Source: an uncultured bacterium (lineage in GTDB: Bacteria; Pseudomonadota; Gammaproteobacteria; Pseudomonadales; JADFDG01). Taken from it: a DNA stretch of 64,000 bases. The stretch covers positions 78,091-142,090 of the forward strand of contig CBDDRC010000043.1 in assembly GCA_965232985.1 (NCBI GenBank), read 5' to 3'. The notes beneath the pieces were generated by a model. That model was not told the DNA's origin. It searched no databases and worked only from the letters and a program-made list of their open reading frames with translations. Positions 1 through 6,699 of the stretch are shown one piece after another; position 1 is the first letter of the stretch, and each line of letters opens with the position of its first letter. The position numbers and the translations under genes are program-made.

Positions 1-387
1 TTTCTTGCCGGTGAAGCCGTTCAGCGCGTGCTGGATCAGGATTTTTTCGCCCTGCGCAATGCGCGGGCTCCAGTCGGCCTTGTCGCCGACCTTCGGCGCC
101 CCGGCAACACCGATGCTGTGGCAGGCGGTGCAGACAGCGTTGTAGACCTGCTCGCCGGTGCGCGGGCCGGCAGACGCGCCAGCAAGCGGCTGGGCGGCAA
201 GACCAACCGGCTTGCACTCCTCCCCCTGAACGCAAACGCTGCCGACCGGCTTGATGCGCTCCTTGACGGCCGCCGGGCTCATCGAGGACTCGGCACCGAG
301 CTGACCCGGAGCGGCGACAGCGGCAGACGACAGAACCAGGGCGGCAGCGGCCACCAGCAGACGGTTGATCACGGTGAGCTTTATCAC
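1..387 (-). CDS. Class I c-type cytochrome (cytochrome c5-like); 3' end runs off the window
   Basis: Not in the ORF track because there is no stop in the window. Reverse-strand reading from GTG at 387 gives MIKLTVINRLLVAAAALVLSSAAVA (signal peptide) ... GEQVYNAVCTACHSIGVAGAPKVGDKADWSPRIAQGEKIL. It has a single CxxCH haem motif in the context typical of cytochrome c5. The '+' ORF 28..420 is its antisense shadow. Confidence 0.8.
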   Translation of the reverse strand, partial: MIKLTVINRLLVAAAALVLSSAAVAAPGQLGAESSMSPAAVKERIKPVGSVCVQGEECKPVGLAAQPLAGASAGPRTGEQVYNAVCTACHSIGVAGAPKVGDKADWSPRIAQGEKILIQHALNGFTGKK

Positions 388-467
388 GAAGAAGTACCTC
401 AACAGGGGATCGGGGACTAACCAAAAGAAGCCCGGAAAACCGGCGGGGATTATAGCCATGCAGCCGG

Positions 468-1382
468 TCAGTGCCCACAGCCTTCGTGGTGTTCGTGATC
501 GCCGGCCGGCGTGTCGCCCTCGCCGTCGAAGGACAGGATGGCCGAGTAAAACTCCGGCCGGCGGTCGCGGAACACGCCCCAGGCAGTGCGGGCCTCGCGC
601 ACGGCATCGAGATCAAAGGTGTGAACCAGCACCGACTCGGTCACCCGGTCGGCCTCCTGCACTTTGGCGCCAGTGTGGTCGGCGATGAATGACGAGCCGT
701 AAAACGTCAATGCGCAGGATTCGCCCTGCTCGCGACCGATACGGTTTGCTGCAATCACCGGCACCAGATTGGCACCGGCATGACCCTGCATCACGCGCTG
801 CCAGTGGCCGCTTGAATCGATCGTCGCATCGTGCGGTTCGCTGCCGATCGCAGTCGGATACAGCAGCAATTCTGCGCCGGCCAGCACCATGCAGCGCGCC
901 GCTTCCGGAAACCACTGATCCCAACAAATACCGGCACCGATCGTGCCGTACTGCGTTTCCCAGACGATGAACCCGGTGTCGCCCGGCGTGAAATAATGCT
1001 TTTCCTGATAACCGGGGCCGTTCGGGATATGACTCTTGCGGTAGTTGCCGAGCACAGTGCCATCGGCATCGATCATCGCCAGCGAATTGAAAAAGGCATT
1101 ACCTGCACGCTCGAAATACGACACCGGAATCACCGCGTTCAATGCCGCCGCGAGTTTCGAAAACCGGGCGATTGTCGGATGGCCGGCAAACGGCTGCGCC
1201 AGCGCGAAATATTTCTCATCCTGGTCTTTGCAGAAGTACGGCGACTCGAACAGTTCCTGGATGAGGATCACCTGCGCGCCCCGCTGCGCCGCCTCGCGGG
1301 CGAGCTTTTCGGCGCGGGCAATATTGGCCTCAATGTCCCAGTCGCAGGCGAACTGGGTGGTGGCAACGGTCACGCTACGCAT
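468..1382 (-). CDS. aguB: N-carbamoylputrescine amidase (carbon-nitrogen hydrolase family)
   Basis: 304 aa. MRSVTVATTQFACDWDIEANIARAEKLAREAAQRGAQVILIQELFESPYFC ... GICWDQWFPEAAR ... YPTAIGSEP is collinear by eye with AguB-type CN-hydrolases. Confidence 0.9.
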   Translation of the reverse strand: MRSVTVATTQFACDWDIEANIARAEKLAREAAQRGAQVILIQELFESPYFCKDQDEKYFALAQPFAGHPTIARFSKLAAALNAVIPVSYFERAGNAFFNSLAMIDADGTVLGNYRKSHIPNGPGYQEKHYFTPGDTGFIVWETQYGTIGAGICWDQWFPEAARCMVLAGAELLLYPTAIGSEPHDATIDSSGHWQRVMQGHAGANLVPVIAANRIGREQGESCALTFYGSSFIADHTGAKVQEADRVTESVLVHTFDLDAVREARTAWGVFRDRRPEFYSAILSFDGEGDTPAGDHEHHEGCGH

Positions 1383-1571
1383 GGCGAATACCTCAACCTG
1401 ACGGACGCCGCGCAGGGTACCAGACTCAGGACAACCGAAACTTGCCGGCCAACCGGCTGTCGCCCGTCAACGAAATACCGGCCCATCTGGTATAGAAAGG
1501 TTGGGCTGTTGAACCCGGGCTCTCTGCCGCTGTCGGATATACGCATCCTTTCCACCCATGGAGCAATATCG

Positions 1572-2039
1572 ATGAAAACACGTTACGCGCTGGCCTTGAC
1601 CGGCCTACTGCTCGTCCCGGCCGTCCAGGCTGAAAACACGCCCGCGCCCGCCGCTGCGCCCGCCGCCCAAACCGCCCCGGGGAAGGCCGCCGGAACCATG
1701 CCGCAAGGCAAGGGCATGGAGGGTATGGGGATGAAACGCGACCCCATGATGATGTCGGACGATTCGCTGGACCAGCCGCAGATGCAGAAGGATCTGCAGC
1801 TCACCGACCCGCAGAAGCAACAGGTACAGGCGATCCACAAGGAAGCAAAAGAAAAACACGAAGCAATTCGTGCGGAAACGCAGGCCAAAATCAAGCAGGT
1901 GCTGACGCCGGAGCAGTACCAGAAACTCCAGGATCATCGCGCGAAGAAAATGGACCGGCGCGAAGATCGTCTGCAGAAGAGGGAGGATCGCATCGAGAAA
2001 CGCAAGGACCACATGAAGGACCCCCATAGCAGCCACTAA
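1572..2039 (+). CDS. Periplasmic Spy/CpxP-family (LTXXQ motif) protein
   Basis: In-frame ATG at 1572 inside ORF 831..2039. MKTRYALALTGLLLVPAVQA is a signal peptide. Two LTxxQ motifs are present (LQLTDPQKQQ, VLTPEQYQKLQ), followed by a highly charged helical C-terminus. Confidence 0.75.
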   Translation: MKTRYALALTGLLLVPAVQAENTPAPAAAPAAQTAPGKAAGTMPQGKGMEGMGMKRDPMMMSDDSLDQPQMQKDLQLTDPQKQQVQAIHKEAKEKHEAIRAETQAKIKQVLTPEQYQKLQDHRAKKMDRREDRLQKREDRIEKRKDHMKDPHSSH

Positions 2040-2052
2040 TCGCCTGACTGAC

Positions 2053-2100
2053 GCAAGCCGGCAGCATGCCTTGCGCGCTGCCGGCTTGCGCGGTTAGTTT
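2053..2100 (+). terminator. Candidate intrinsic terminator after the Spy/CpxP-like gene
   Basis: A perfect 13-bp stem, GCAAGCCGGCAGC (2053-2065) / GCTGCCGGCTTGC (2077-2089), with an 11-nt loop. It is followed by ..GGTTAGTTTG, a weak T tract. Confidence 0.5.
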
Positions 2101-2137
2101 GATCGCGCGCCCGCCCCTGCAGCCTGTTGGAGATCGT

Positions 2138-2599
2138 ATGCAGTTTCGTGCACTCGCTGCCTTGGTGATTTGCCTGCTGGCATCGTCAGCCGCACAGGCC
2201 TTTGATCTGTGTGCCCGCATCGATGTCCGCTACCTTGATGCACACACCGGCCAACAATGGACGCCCGCCGCATCGGTCACCATGTTGCCGGCCGGCGAAA
2301 CGCTGCGCTGCCAGTTGCAGGCCGGAGTGAACACCGTGCATGTGCGCATCCTCAAGGAGGTGGGCCCTGCTGCACCACAGAGAGGCCAATACACGGCCTC
2401 GCCACGCATCGCCGACATGGGCCCGACAGCCTGGTACACACACGCGCCCGATCCTGGCAACATCAATCATTTTTCCTACGGTGCAATCCGTTTCGCGGCC
2501 GGGTACGTCTACATTGTCGAAGGCCTTCCGGAAGGTCGGGGCGCAGCGAGTGCGCGGCAGATTGCCACGCTCTACCTGAAGGCCATCAGTCCACGCTGA
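2138..2599 (+). CDS. Secreted hypothetical protein
   Basis: In-frame ATG at 2138 with GGAGA upstream. MQFRALAALVICLLASSAAQA is a signal peptide. No recognisable family. Confidence 0.55.
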   Translation: MQFRALAALVICLLASSAAQAFDLCARIDVRYLDAHTGQQWTPAASVTMLPAGETLRCQLQAGVNTVHVRILKEVGPAAPQRGQYTASPRIADMGPTAWYTHAPDPGNINHFSYGAIRFAAGYVYIVEGLPEGRGAASARQIATLYLKAISPR

Positions 2600-2605
2600 C
2601 CTGGC

Positions 2606-2941
2606 ATGATCCAGCGCAAATGTCCGGCTTGCCATAAGGCATTGCGCAAACCGTTGCGCCCCGCAGGCGCGATCGGCGCGGCCGCCTATATGCAGTTCTG
2701 CCCGCACTGTTTGCGCGAGCTTGTTTACGGATATGGCATCAAGGTGCGCTTCGGGCTCGTCATCTTTCTGCTTGGCGCCTACTGGGCGGGATGGTTCGAC
2801 GCGGCAGGCACCAACACCGGTATCGTTTTGCGTGTCATCGCCATTGCGGCATTGTTTGGCGTGTGGATCTTTATGCCAACCTTCGTTGCCGGCCCCCGTC
2901 GCTACGACGAACAAACTCGCATGGCAAATGAAATTGCATAA
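2606..2941 (+). CDS. Zinc-ribbon / membrane hypothetical protein
   Basis: 111 aa, starting 7 nt after the previous stop. It has two CxxC pairs (CPAC ... CPHC), then two hydrophobic helices (FGLVIFLLGAYWAGWF, VIAIAALFGVWIFMPTFV). Confidence 0.5.
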   Translation: MIQRKCPACHKALRKPLRPAGAIGAAAYMQFCPHCLRELVYGYGIKVRFGLVIFLLGAYWAGWFDAAGTNTGIVLRVIAIAALFGVWIFMPTFVAGPRRYDEQTRMANEIA

Positions 2942-2994
2942 TGCTGCCGCCACGCTCACTGCCGCATCGCGGCCTGCACTGAGACAACCTGGCG

Positions 2995-3510
2995 ATGCGC
3001 AACGACCAGCCTTACAACATCCTGTTCCTCTGCACCGGCAACTCGGCACGCTCGATCATCGCCGAGGGGCTCGTCAATCTGCTGGGCAAAGATCGCTTCC
3101 GCGCCTACAGTGCCGGCAGCCAACCGACCGGGCAGGTTAACCCGTTTGCAATTGAGCTGTTGGCACAGCTTGGTTACGACGTATCGGGCGCGCGCAGCAA
3201 ATCCTGGGATGCGTTTGTGCAACCCGGTGCGCCGCACATGCATTTCATCATCACGGTATGCGACAACGCGGCCAATACAGCATGCCCGATCTGGCCGGGT
3301 CACCCAGCGGTTGCACACTGGGGATTTGCCGACCCAGCGGCAATCGCAGGCAGCAACGAGGTGAAACGCGCCGCCTTTCAGCGCACCTTCAGTGAGATCC
3401 ACGAGCGCGTGCAGTTGTTGCTCGCCTTGCCGATCACCGAACTCGACCACCGCACCATGCTGCAGAAGTTGCGGGAGATCGGCGCAACACCGGGGCACCC
3501 ACATCCGTAA
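2995..3510 (+). CDS. arsC: Arsenate reductase, LMW-PTP (thioredoxin-coupled) type
   Basis: 171 aa. It carries the NILFLCTGNSARSIIAEG P-loop (CX5R) and downstream VCDNAANTACP cysteines, typical of ArsC/LMW phosphatases. Confidence 0.85.
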   Translation: MRNDQPYNILFLCTGNSARSIIAEGLVNLLGKDRFRAYSAGSQPTGQVNPFAIELLAQLGYDVSGARSKSWDAFVQPGAPHMHFIITVCDNAANTACPIWPGHPAVAHWGFADPAAIAGSNEVKRAAFQRTFSEIHERVQLLLALPITELDHRTMLQKLREIGATPGHPHP

Positions 3511-3764
3511 ATCCCGCCTGCTCCCGCTGATCTTCTGGTAAATGCGCGCGCAGACTCACCGCGAAGACAACCGGCAAACCCACGCTGGCTCTGTAGTTTT
3601 CCGGCCTTGTCGAACCTTGCGGGGTCATTACCTCTAGCCAACAGCATTTCTGCCGTTTCGTAAAAGACCGGGGAGTCGTTGAATGCGGCCTCCGTCGGGA
3701 CATGCGCGCAGGAGAGCTTCTTTTCATGGCCACACAAACTGCATTTCCCATTTCGAGATGCCAT
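3511..3764 (-). pseudogene. Possible 5' fragment of a Cys-rich (CxxC ... AHVP) gene, truncated at the arsC border
   Basis: ORF 3378..3788 reads MASRNGKCSLCGHEKKLSCAHVPTEAAFNDSPVFYETAEMLLARGNDPARFDK from the ATG at 3764. It then degenerates into low-complexity sequence that overlaps the arsC 3' end. Family not recognised. Confidence 0.25.
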
Positions 3765-3770
3765 GGCGTC

Positions 3771-3797
3771 GCCAAATGCCTCTGACAAATGTTAGCT
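3771..3797 (+). repeat. Degenerate 3' half of the attC-like repeat, ending in GTTAGCT
   Basis: GCCTCTGACAAAT|GTTAGCT resembles the 3' ends of the other copies (..CTCAACTCAAAC|GTTAGCC, ..CTGAACTCAAAC|GTTGGGC). It lies at the left edge of the first TA module. Confidence 0.25.
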
Positions 3798-3869
3798 ACG
3801 CGAGCGGGGCTTCGAGTAGCTCCCCGGAAGCGGGTATACTTACCCGGCACCGCCAGAGGCGTAAAACCC

Positions 3870-4070
3870 ATGAATATTCAAAAGCTTAGCACTAGCGAGC
3901 GCATCATTCTGGCCCAGGAACTCTGGGAAAGCGTGCATGAGGCCGCCAATGACGTCGTTGTAACGAAAGAGCAGCAGGCCGTTCTGGAGCAGCGCTTGGC
4001 CGCGATGGCCTCAGACGCCAACCCCGGGGACACCTGGGAAAACGTGAAGCGTCGCATCATCAAGGCCTAA
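3870..4070 (+). CDS. Antitoxin, 'addiction module component' type, partner of the ParE/RelE toxin
   Basis: In-frame ATG at 3870. MNIQKLSTSERIILAQELWESV ... is the pattern of short helical antitoxins encoded upstream of RelE/ParE toxins. Its stop lies 1 nt before the toxin start. Confidence 0.7.
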   Translation: MNIQKLSTSERIILAQELWESVHEAANDVVVTKEQQAVLEQRLAAMASDANPGDTWENVKRRIIKA

Positions 4071-4071
4071 C

Positions 4072-4368
4072 GTGGCCTACGAACTGTTTGTCCGCCCCGA
4101 GGCAGAAGCGGATCTCGCAGACACCTATACCTTCTATCAAGAGTGTCGTCCCGGCTTGGGCAACGACTTCATGCTTTGCCCCGAGGAAGCGGTCGAGCGA
4201 GTCCTCAAGAATCCGTTCCAGTATCAGGAAGTGCATATGGGTGTGCGCCGCGCGCTCATTCATCGGTTCCCGTACTGCGTCTTCTATATCGTCATTGAAC
4301 GCAAGATCAGTGTTCTTGCCGTCATGCACGCCGCGCGTAATCCTGAGCAGTGGAAGGCGCGTACCTGA
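4072..4368 (+). CDS. Type II toxin, RelE/ParE family
   Basis: 98 aa with a GTG start. YELFVRPEAEADLADTYTFYQE ... HRFPYCVFYIVIERKISVLAVMHAARNP is the typical ParE/RelE fold signature. Confidence 0.8.
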   Translation: MAYELFVRPEAEADLADTYTFYQECRPGLGNDFMLCPEEAVERVLKNPFQYQEVHMGVRRALIHRFPYCVFYIVIERKISVLAVMHAARNPEQWKART

Positions 4369-4423
4369 CCATTCCTTCGAACGGACGTCCCTGACGGGCC
4401 GCCGCTCAACTCAAACGTTAGCC
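4364..4423 (+). repeat. attC-like structured repeat, copy A
   Basis: CCTGACCATTCCTTCGAACGGACGTCCCTGACGGGCCGCCGCTCAACTCAAACGTTAGCC. It starts at the toxin stop codon and ends in GTTAGCC. It shares the core CGTCCCTGACGGGCCGC and ..CTCAAACGTT with the copies at 6585-6641 and 19815-19883 (reverse strand). Confidence 0.5.
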
Positions 4424-4462
4424 GCTTTAGGCCACCCTCAATCCGTGCCCGGCTTGCCCTAC

Positions 4463-4495
4463 ACGAATGCCATGTAATACAGTGCATTCATTCGT
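4463..4495 (+). promoter_or_regulatory. Inverted repeat / candidate operator-promoter of the second TA module
   Basis: ACGAATGC (4463-4470) ... GCATTC / CATTCGT (4484-4495) flank a TAATAC -10-like hexamer, 15 nt upstream of the RHH antitoxin start. Confidence 0.3.
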
Positions 4496-4509
4496 AGGGG
4501 GGATTCACC

Positions 4510-4782
4510 ATGAGCGTAACCACCGTCAGGCTCCAGCCGGAAGTTGAAGTAGGCCTTGAGGCCATGGCCGGCAAACTCCACCGGAGCAAAAGTTGGGTTA
4601 TTAATCAAGCTCTTAGGGAGTTCGTCGAGCGCCAGGAGCAAGAGCAGGCCCGGTGGCAGGAAACTCTGAAAGCCATGGAGTCAGTGGCGCAGGGCAGGGT
4701 GGTATCCGGTGAGGCTGTCCACACTTGGCTGCGTAGTTGGGGCACGGCCAACGAGTTGCCGCCGCCGAAGGCGGGTCAATGA
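4510..4782 (+). CDS. Ribbon-helix-helix (CopG/ParD-like) antitoxin
   Basis: 90 aa. MSVTTVRLQPEVEVGLEAMAGKLHRSKSWVINQALREFVER has an N-terminal RHH pattern. It is ATGA-coupled to the downstream toxin. Confidence 0.75.
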   Translation: MSVTTVRLQPEVEVGLEAMAGKLHRSKSWVINQALREFVERQEQEQARWQETLKAMESVAQGRVVSGEAVHTWLRSWGTANELPPPKAGQ

Positions 4783-5069
4783 GGCTTGTCTATTCGGAAG
4801 AGGCAGTAGCTGATCTTGTTCGTCTCCGAGCATTCATTGCAGAGAAAGATCCAGCAGCGGCTTCTCGTATTGCTGAAGAACTAATCGCTCGCATGGAAAA
4901 ACTTTGTCTGTTCCCGCAAATGGGCGTGGAGGTTCCACAAGCACCACAGCCAGGTACTCTGCGTGACATGGTGTTCGGAAATTATGTCGTACGCTACGCG
5001 GCGCAAACAGAATCGATTGTAGTGCTTCGGCTCTGGCACCATCTCGAAAATCGTGCGGAAAGCGGCTAA
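4779..5069 (+). CDS. Type II toxin, RelE/ParE family
   Basis: In-frame ATG at 4779 overlaps the antitoxin stop (ATGA). MRLVYSEEAVADLVRLRAFIAEKDPAAASRIAEEL ... NYVVRYAAQTESIVVLRLWHH is ParE-like. Confidence 0.8.
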   Translation: MRLVYSEEAVADLVRLRAFIAEKDPAAASRIAEELIARMEKLCLFPQMGVEVPQAPQPGTLRDMVFGNYVVRYAAQTESIVVLRLWHHLENRAESG

Positions 5070-5078
5070 CCCTTCCGT
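5064..5078 (+). repeat. attC-like repeat copy B, 5' part, separated from its 3' part by the IS
   Basis: GGCTAACCCTTCCGT contains the toxin TAA stop. The same GGCTAACCCTTC string ends the mazF gene (reverse strand, 19872-19883). Confidence 0.5.
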
Positions 5079-5090
5079 AAGAGACTTCCC

Positions 5091-5413
5091 GTCAACTCCA
5101 AAATGATTGATCCCGCTGGCCCGGCTTTGTCCGGGCCACTTCGTTTCTGTAACACCGCCGTCGCGTCAGTTTGGTAACGATTGCCAGACTGCATTTCCGT
5201 AATCGGTCTTGTTGAACGCGATGTCGCTGCGTTCGGACCACTGTATAAGCCGCACCCGGAGGCCTCATTCGTTCAGCGGTGATGCCCTTGGTTCGAGGAT
5301 CAGTCGAGCCAATGCCGGCAACCATCTTGTTAGTCAGGCTCTCTCCGGGTCGGTCTGACCCGTTTACTACACTGTCGCTCTGGCGTTGAACGCTTGCTTA
5401 CTATTTTCCTGGA
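5091..5413 (-). ncRNA. Candidate IS-encoded guide (bridge/seek) RNA region
   Basis: Long non-coding stretch downstream of the transposase stop. It contains a 7-bp stem hairpin, GGCCCGG-CTTTGT-CCGGGCC (5118-5137). It also contains an 8-nt string, TTCCGTAA (5195-5202), identical to the left flank/IS junction (5073-5080). No transcript boundaries can be derived from sequence alone. Confidence 0.3.
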
Positions 5414-6487
5414 TTATGCGGCGCAGGCTTTTTCCCGCTGCACCATCGGGTGTTTCAACCACGCTTCCGGATCGTAGGCTTCGCCACGTGCCAACATCGC
5501 CCAGATCTGGCGCGCATGTTTGTTGGCAATGGCGACAATTACTTTGCCAAACGGCAAGCGTGCCACGAGCTGGACGATCCATATCTGTTCGGCTGTCATC
5601 TTGTCTGCCGGCGTGACTTTTGCGCGCTGCAAACTACTGCGTGCGCCCTGGATCAGCAGCGTGCGCAGGTAGGTATCGCCACGGCAACTGATGCTGCCGA
5701 GCACAACCTTGCCGCCGGAACCAAACTGGCTCGGCGTCAGCCCCATCCAGGCCGCGCACTGCCGGCCGTTGCGGAAATCGGCGGCATTGCCGAGCGTGGC
5801 GACGACAGCATCGGCCGTGATCGGACCGACACCGGTCAGGGCGCGAATCCGGATGCAGCGTTCGTCTTGTGCAACCTGCACCTTGATGTGGGCGTCACAG
5901 GCGGCCAGGCCATCCTCAATCGCTTCCCAGTGCCGTTGCTGCAGCCGGATCAACTCGACGAGCGTTGCCGGCAATGTATACGCGTCGAGCTGTGCCAGCG
6001 CACGCCGCAGGGCCACGCCGGACTTGTTGATGGCGATGCCGAACTCGGCGAGCAAACCACGAATACGGTTCATCGCTGCCAGTGCGTCCTTCTTGTAGCC
6101 CTCGCGTGCCCGGTGCCAGCTCAGGCGCGCCTGCTGGTCCACGGTCTTCATGCTGACGAATCGCATGTTGCCCTGCCGGGCTGCCGTGGCAATGGCTTCC
6201 GCATCGTTGCGATCGTTCTTCACCGCACCGCTTTTGCGAAACGGCTTCACAAACTGCGCCGCCATCAATTTCGGTGCCAAGCCATGCTGGCGGCAGACAC
6301 GCGCCCAGTGGTGAGCGCTGCTGCAGGCCTCCATGGCAACTGCCGTGCCGGCGGGCAAATGCACCAGCCATTCGGCCAGGGCTTCACGATTCAGGTCCTT
6401 GCGCTGGACAACACGCCCATTGCTATCGACGACACAGATGGAAAACAGCTGCTTTGCGAGATCGATTCCGACAGTTGTAGACTCCAT
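5414..6487 (-). CDS. IS110-family transposase (DEDD/RuvC-like N-domain)
   Basis: Start taken at MESTTVGIDLAKQLFSICVVD (ATG 6487). ...AMEACSSAHHWAR ... KNDRNDAEAIA ... LTGVGPITA ... GLTPSQFGSGGK are the conserved IS110/IS1111 transposase blocks. Confidence 0.9.
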   Translation of the reverse strand: MESTTVGIDLAKQLFSICVVDSNGRVVQRKDLNREALAEWLVHLPAGTAVAMEACSSAHHWARVCRQHGLAPKLMAAQFVKPFRKSGAVKNDRNDAEAIATAARQGNMRFVSMKTVDQQARLSWHRAREGYKKDALAAMNRIRGLLAEFGIAINKSGVALRRALAQLDAYTLPATLVELIRLQQRHWEAIEDGLAACDAHIKVQVAQDERCIRIRALTGVGPITADAVVATLGNAADFRNGRQCAAWMGLTPSQFGSGGKVVLGSISCRGDTYLRTLLIQGARSSLQRAKVTPADKMTAEQIWIVQLVARLPFGKVIVAIANKHARQIWAMLARGEAYDPEAWLKHPMVQREKACAA

Positions 6488-6491
6488 GACA

Positions 6492-6580
6492 GACTTCCCC
6501 CACTCGTTTGATTGAATGTCGCAACTCAATCATGGCACTCAGATGCCGGTGCGGCCTTGCCGCTCGGGTCGGGGGAAGTC
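6492..6580 (-). promoter_or_regulatory. Leader inverted repeat that could occlude the transposase RBS
   Basis: GACTTCCCCC (6492-6501) is the perfect reverse complement of GGGGGAAGTC (6571-6580). On the transposase strand, the IS terminal sequence can pair with the purine-rich stretch immediately 5' of the ATG. Confidence 0.35.
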
Positions 6581-6584
6581 TCTT

Positions 6585-6641
6585 TATAGTCGTTCAAGCG
6601 GACGTCCCTGACGGGCCGCGGCCTGAACTCAAACGTTGGGC
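6585..6641 (+). repeat. attC-like repeat copy B, 3' part
   Basis: TATAGTCGTTCAAGCGGACGTCCCTGACGGGCCGCGGCCTGAACTCAAACGTTGGGC ends in the canonical GTTRRRY core (GTTGGGC). GTTCA...TGAAC and the GC-rich inner arms can pair. Confidence 0.5.
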
Positions 6642-6699
6642 ACCAGCGCTCGTTTGAAGTCTGAGGCGCAGTCTGTCAGCAACGTCGATGTTGCACCTG

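Larger units (their letters stand above)
5079..6584 (-). mobile_element. IS110-family insertion sequence, IS1111-like architecture
   Basis: Perfect 12-bp inverted repeats, AAGAGACTTCCC (5079-5090) / GGGAAGTCTCTT (6573-6584), bracket a DEDD-type transposase gene. There is a short leader and ~320 nt of non-coding DNA 3' of the gene. The element sits inside an attC-like repeat. Exact ends are uncertain by a few bp. Confidence 0.8.

Noticed and set aside
28-420. 130-aa '+' ORF at the window start
   Set aside because: It is antisense to a clear cytochrome c gene (CxxCH, signal peptide) on the minus strand, and its composition is low-complexity Arg/Gly/Ala.
388-467. TATAAT hexamer (minus strand, ~449-454) and a weak CCGG-TTTT-CCGG hairpin between aguB and the cytochrome c gene
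   Set aside because: There is no acceptable -35, and the stem is only 4 bp. This is too weak to call a promoter or terminator.
831-1571. N-terminal 247 codons of the 402-aa ORF 831..2039
   Set aside because: It is antisense to aguB and Arg-rich, without protein-like features. Only the part from ATG 1572 (signal peptide plus LTXXQ motifs) is credible.
4065-4071. GCCTAAC (a perfect RYYYAAC inverse-core match) between the first antitoxin and toxin genes
   Set aside because: It lies at the 1-nt junction of a coupled TA pair. It has no partner GTTAGGC or stem structure nearby, so it is most likely a coincidence created by the TAA stop.
5092-5325. 77-aa minus-strand ORF in the IS 3' non-coding tail
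   Set aside because: It is Arg-rich and low-complexity, with no RBS or start context. The region is better explained as structured non-coding RNA/DNA.
5450-6511. 353-aa '+' ORF inside the IS
   Set aside because: It is a mirror-frame shadow of the IS110 transposase gene, with no recognisable motifs.
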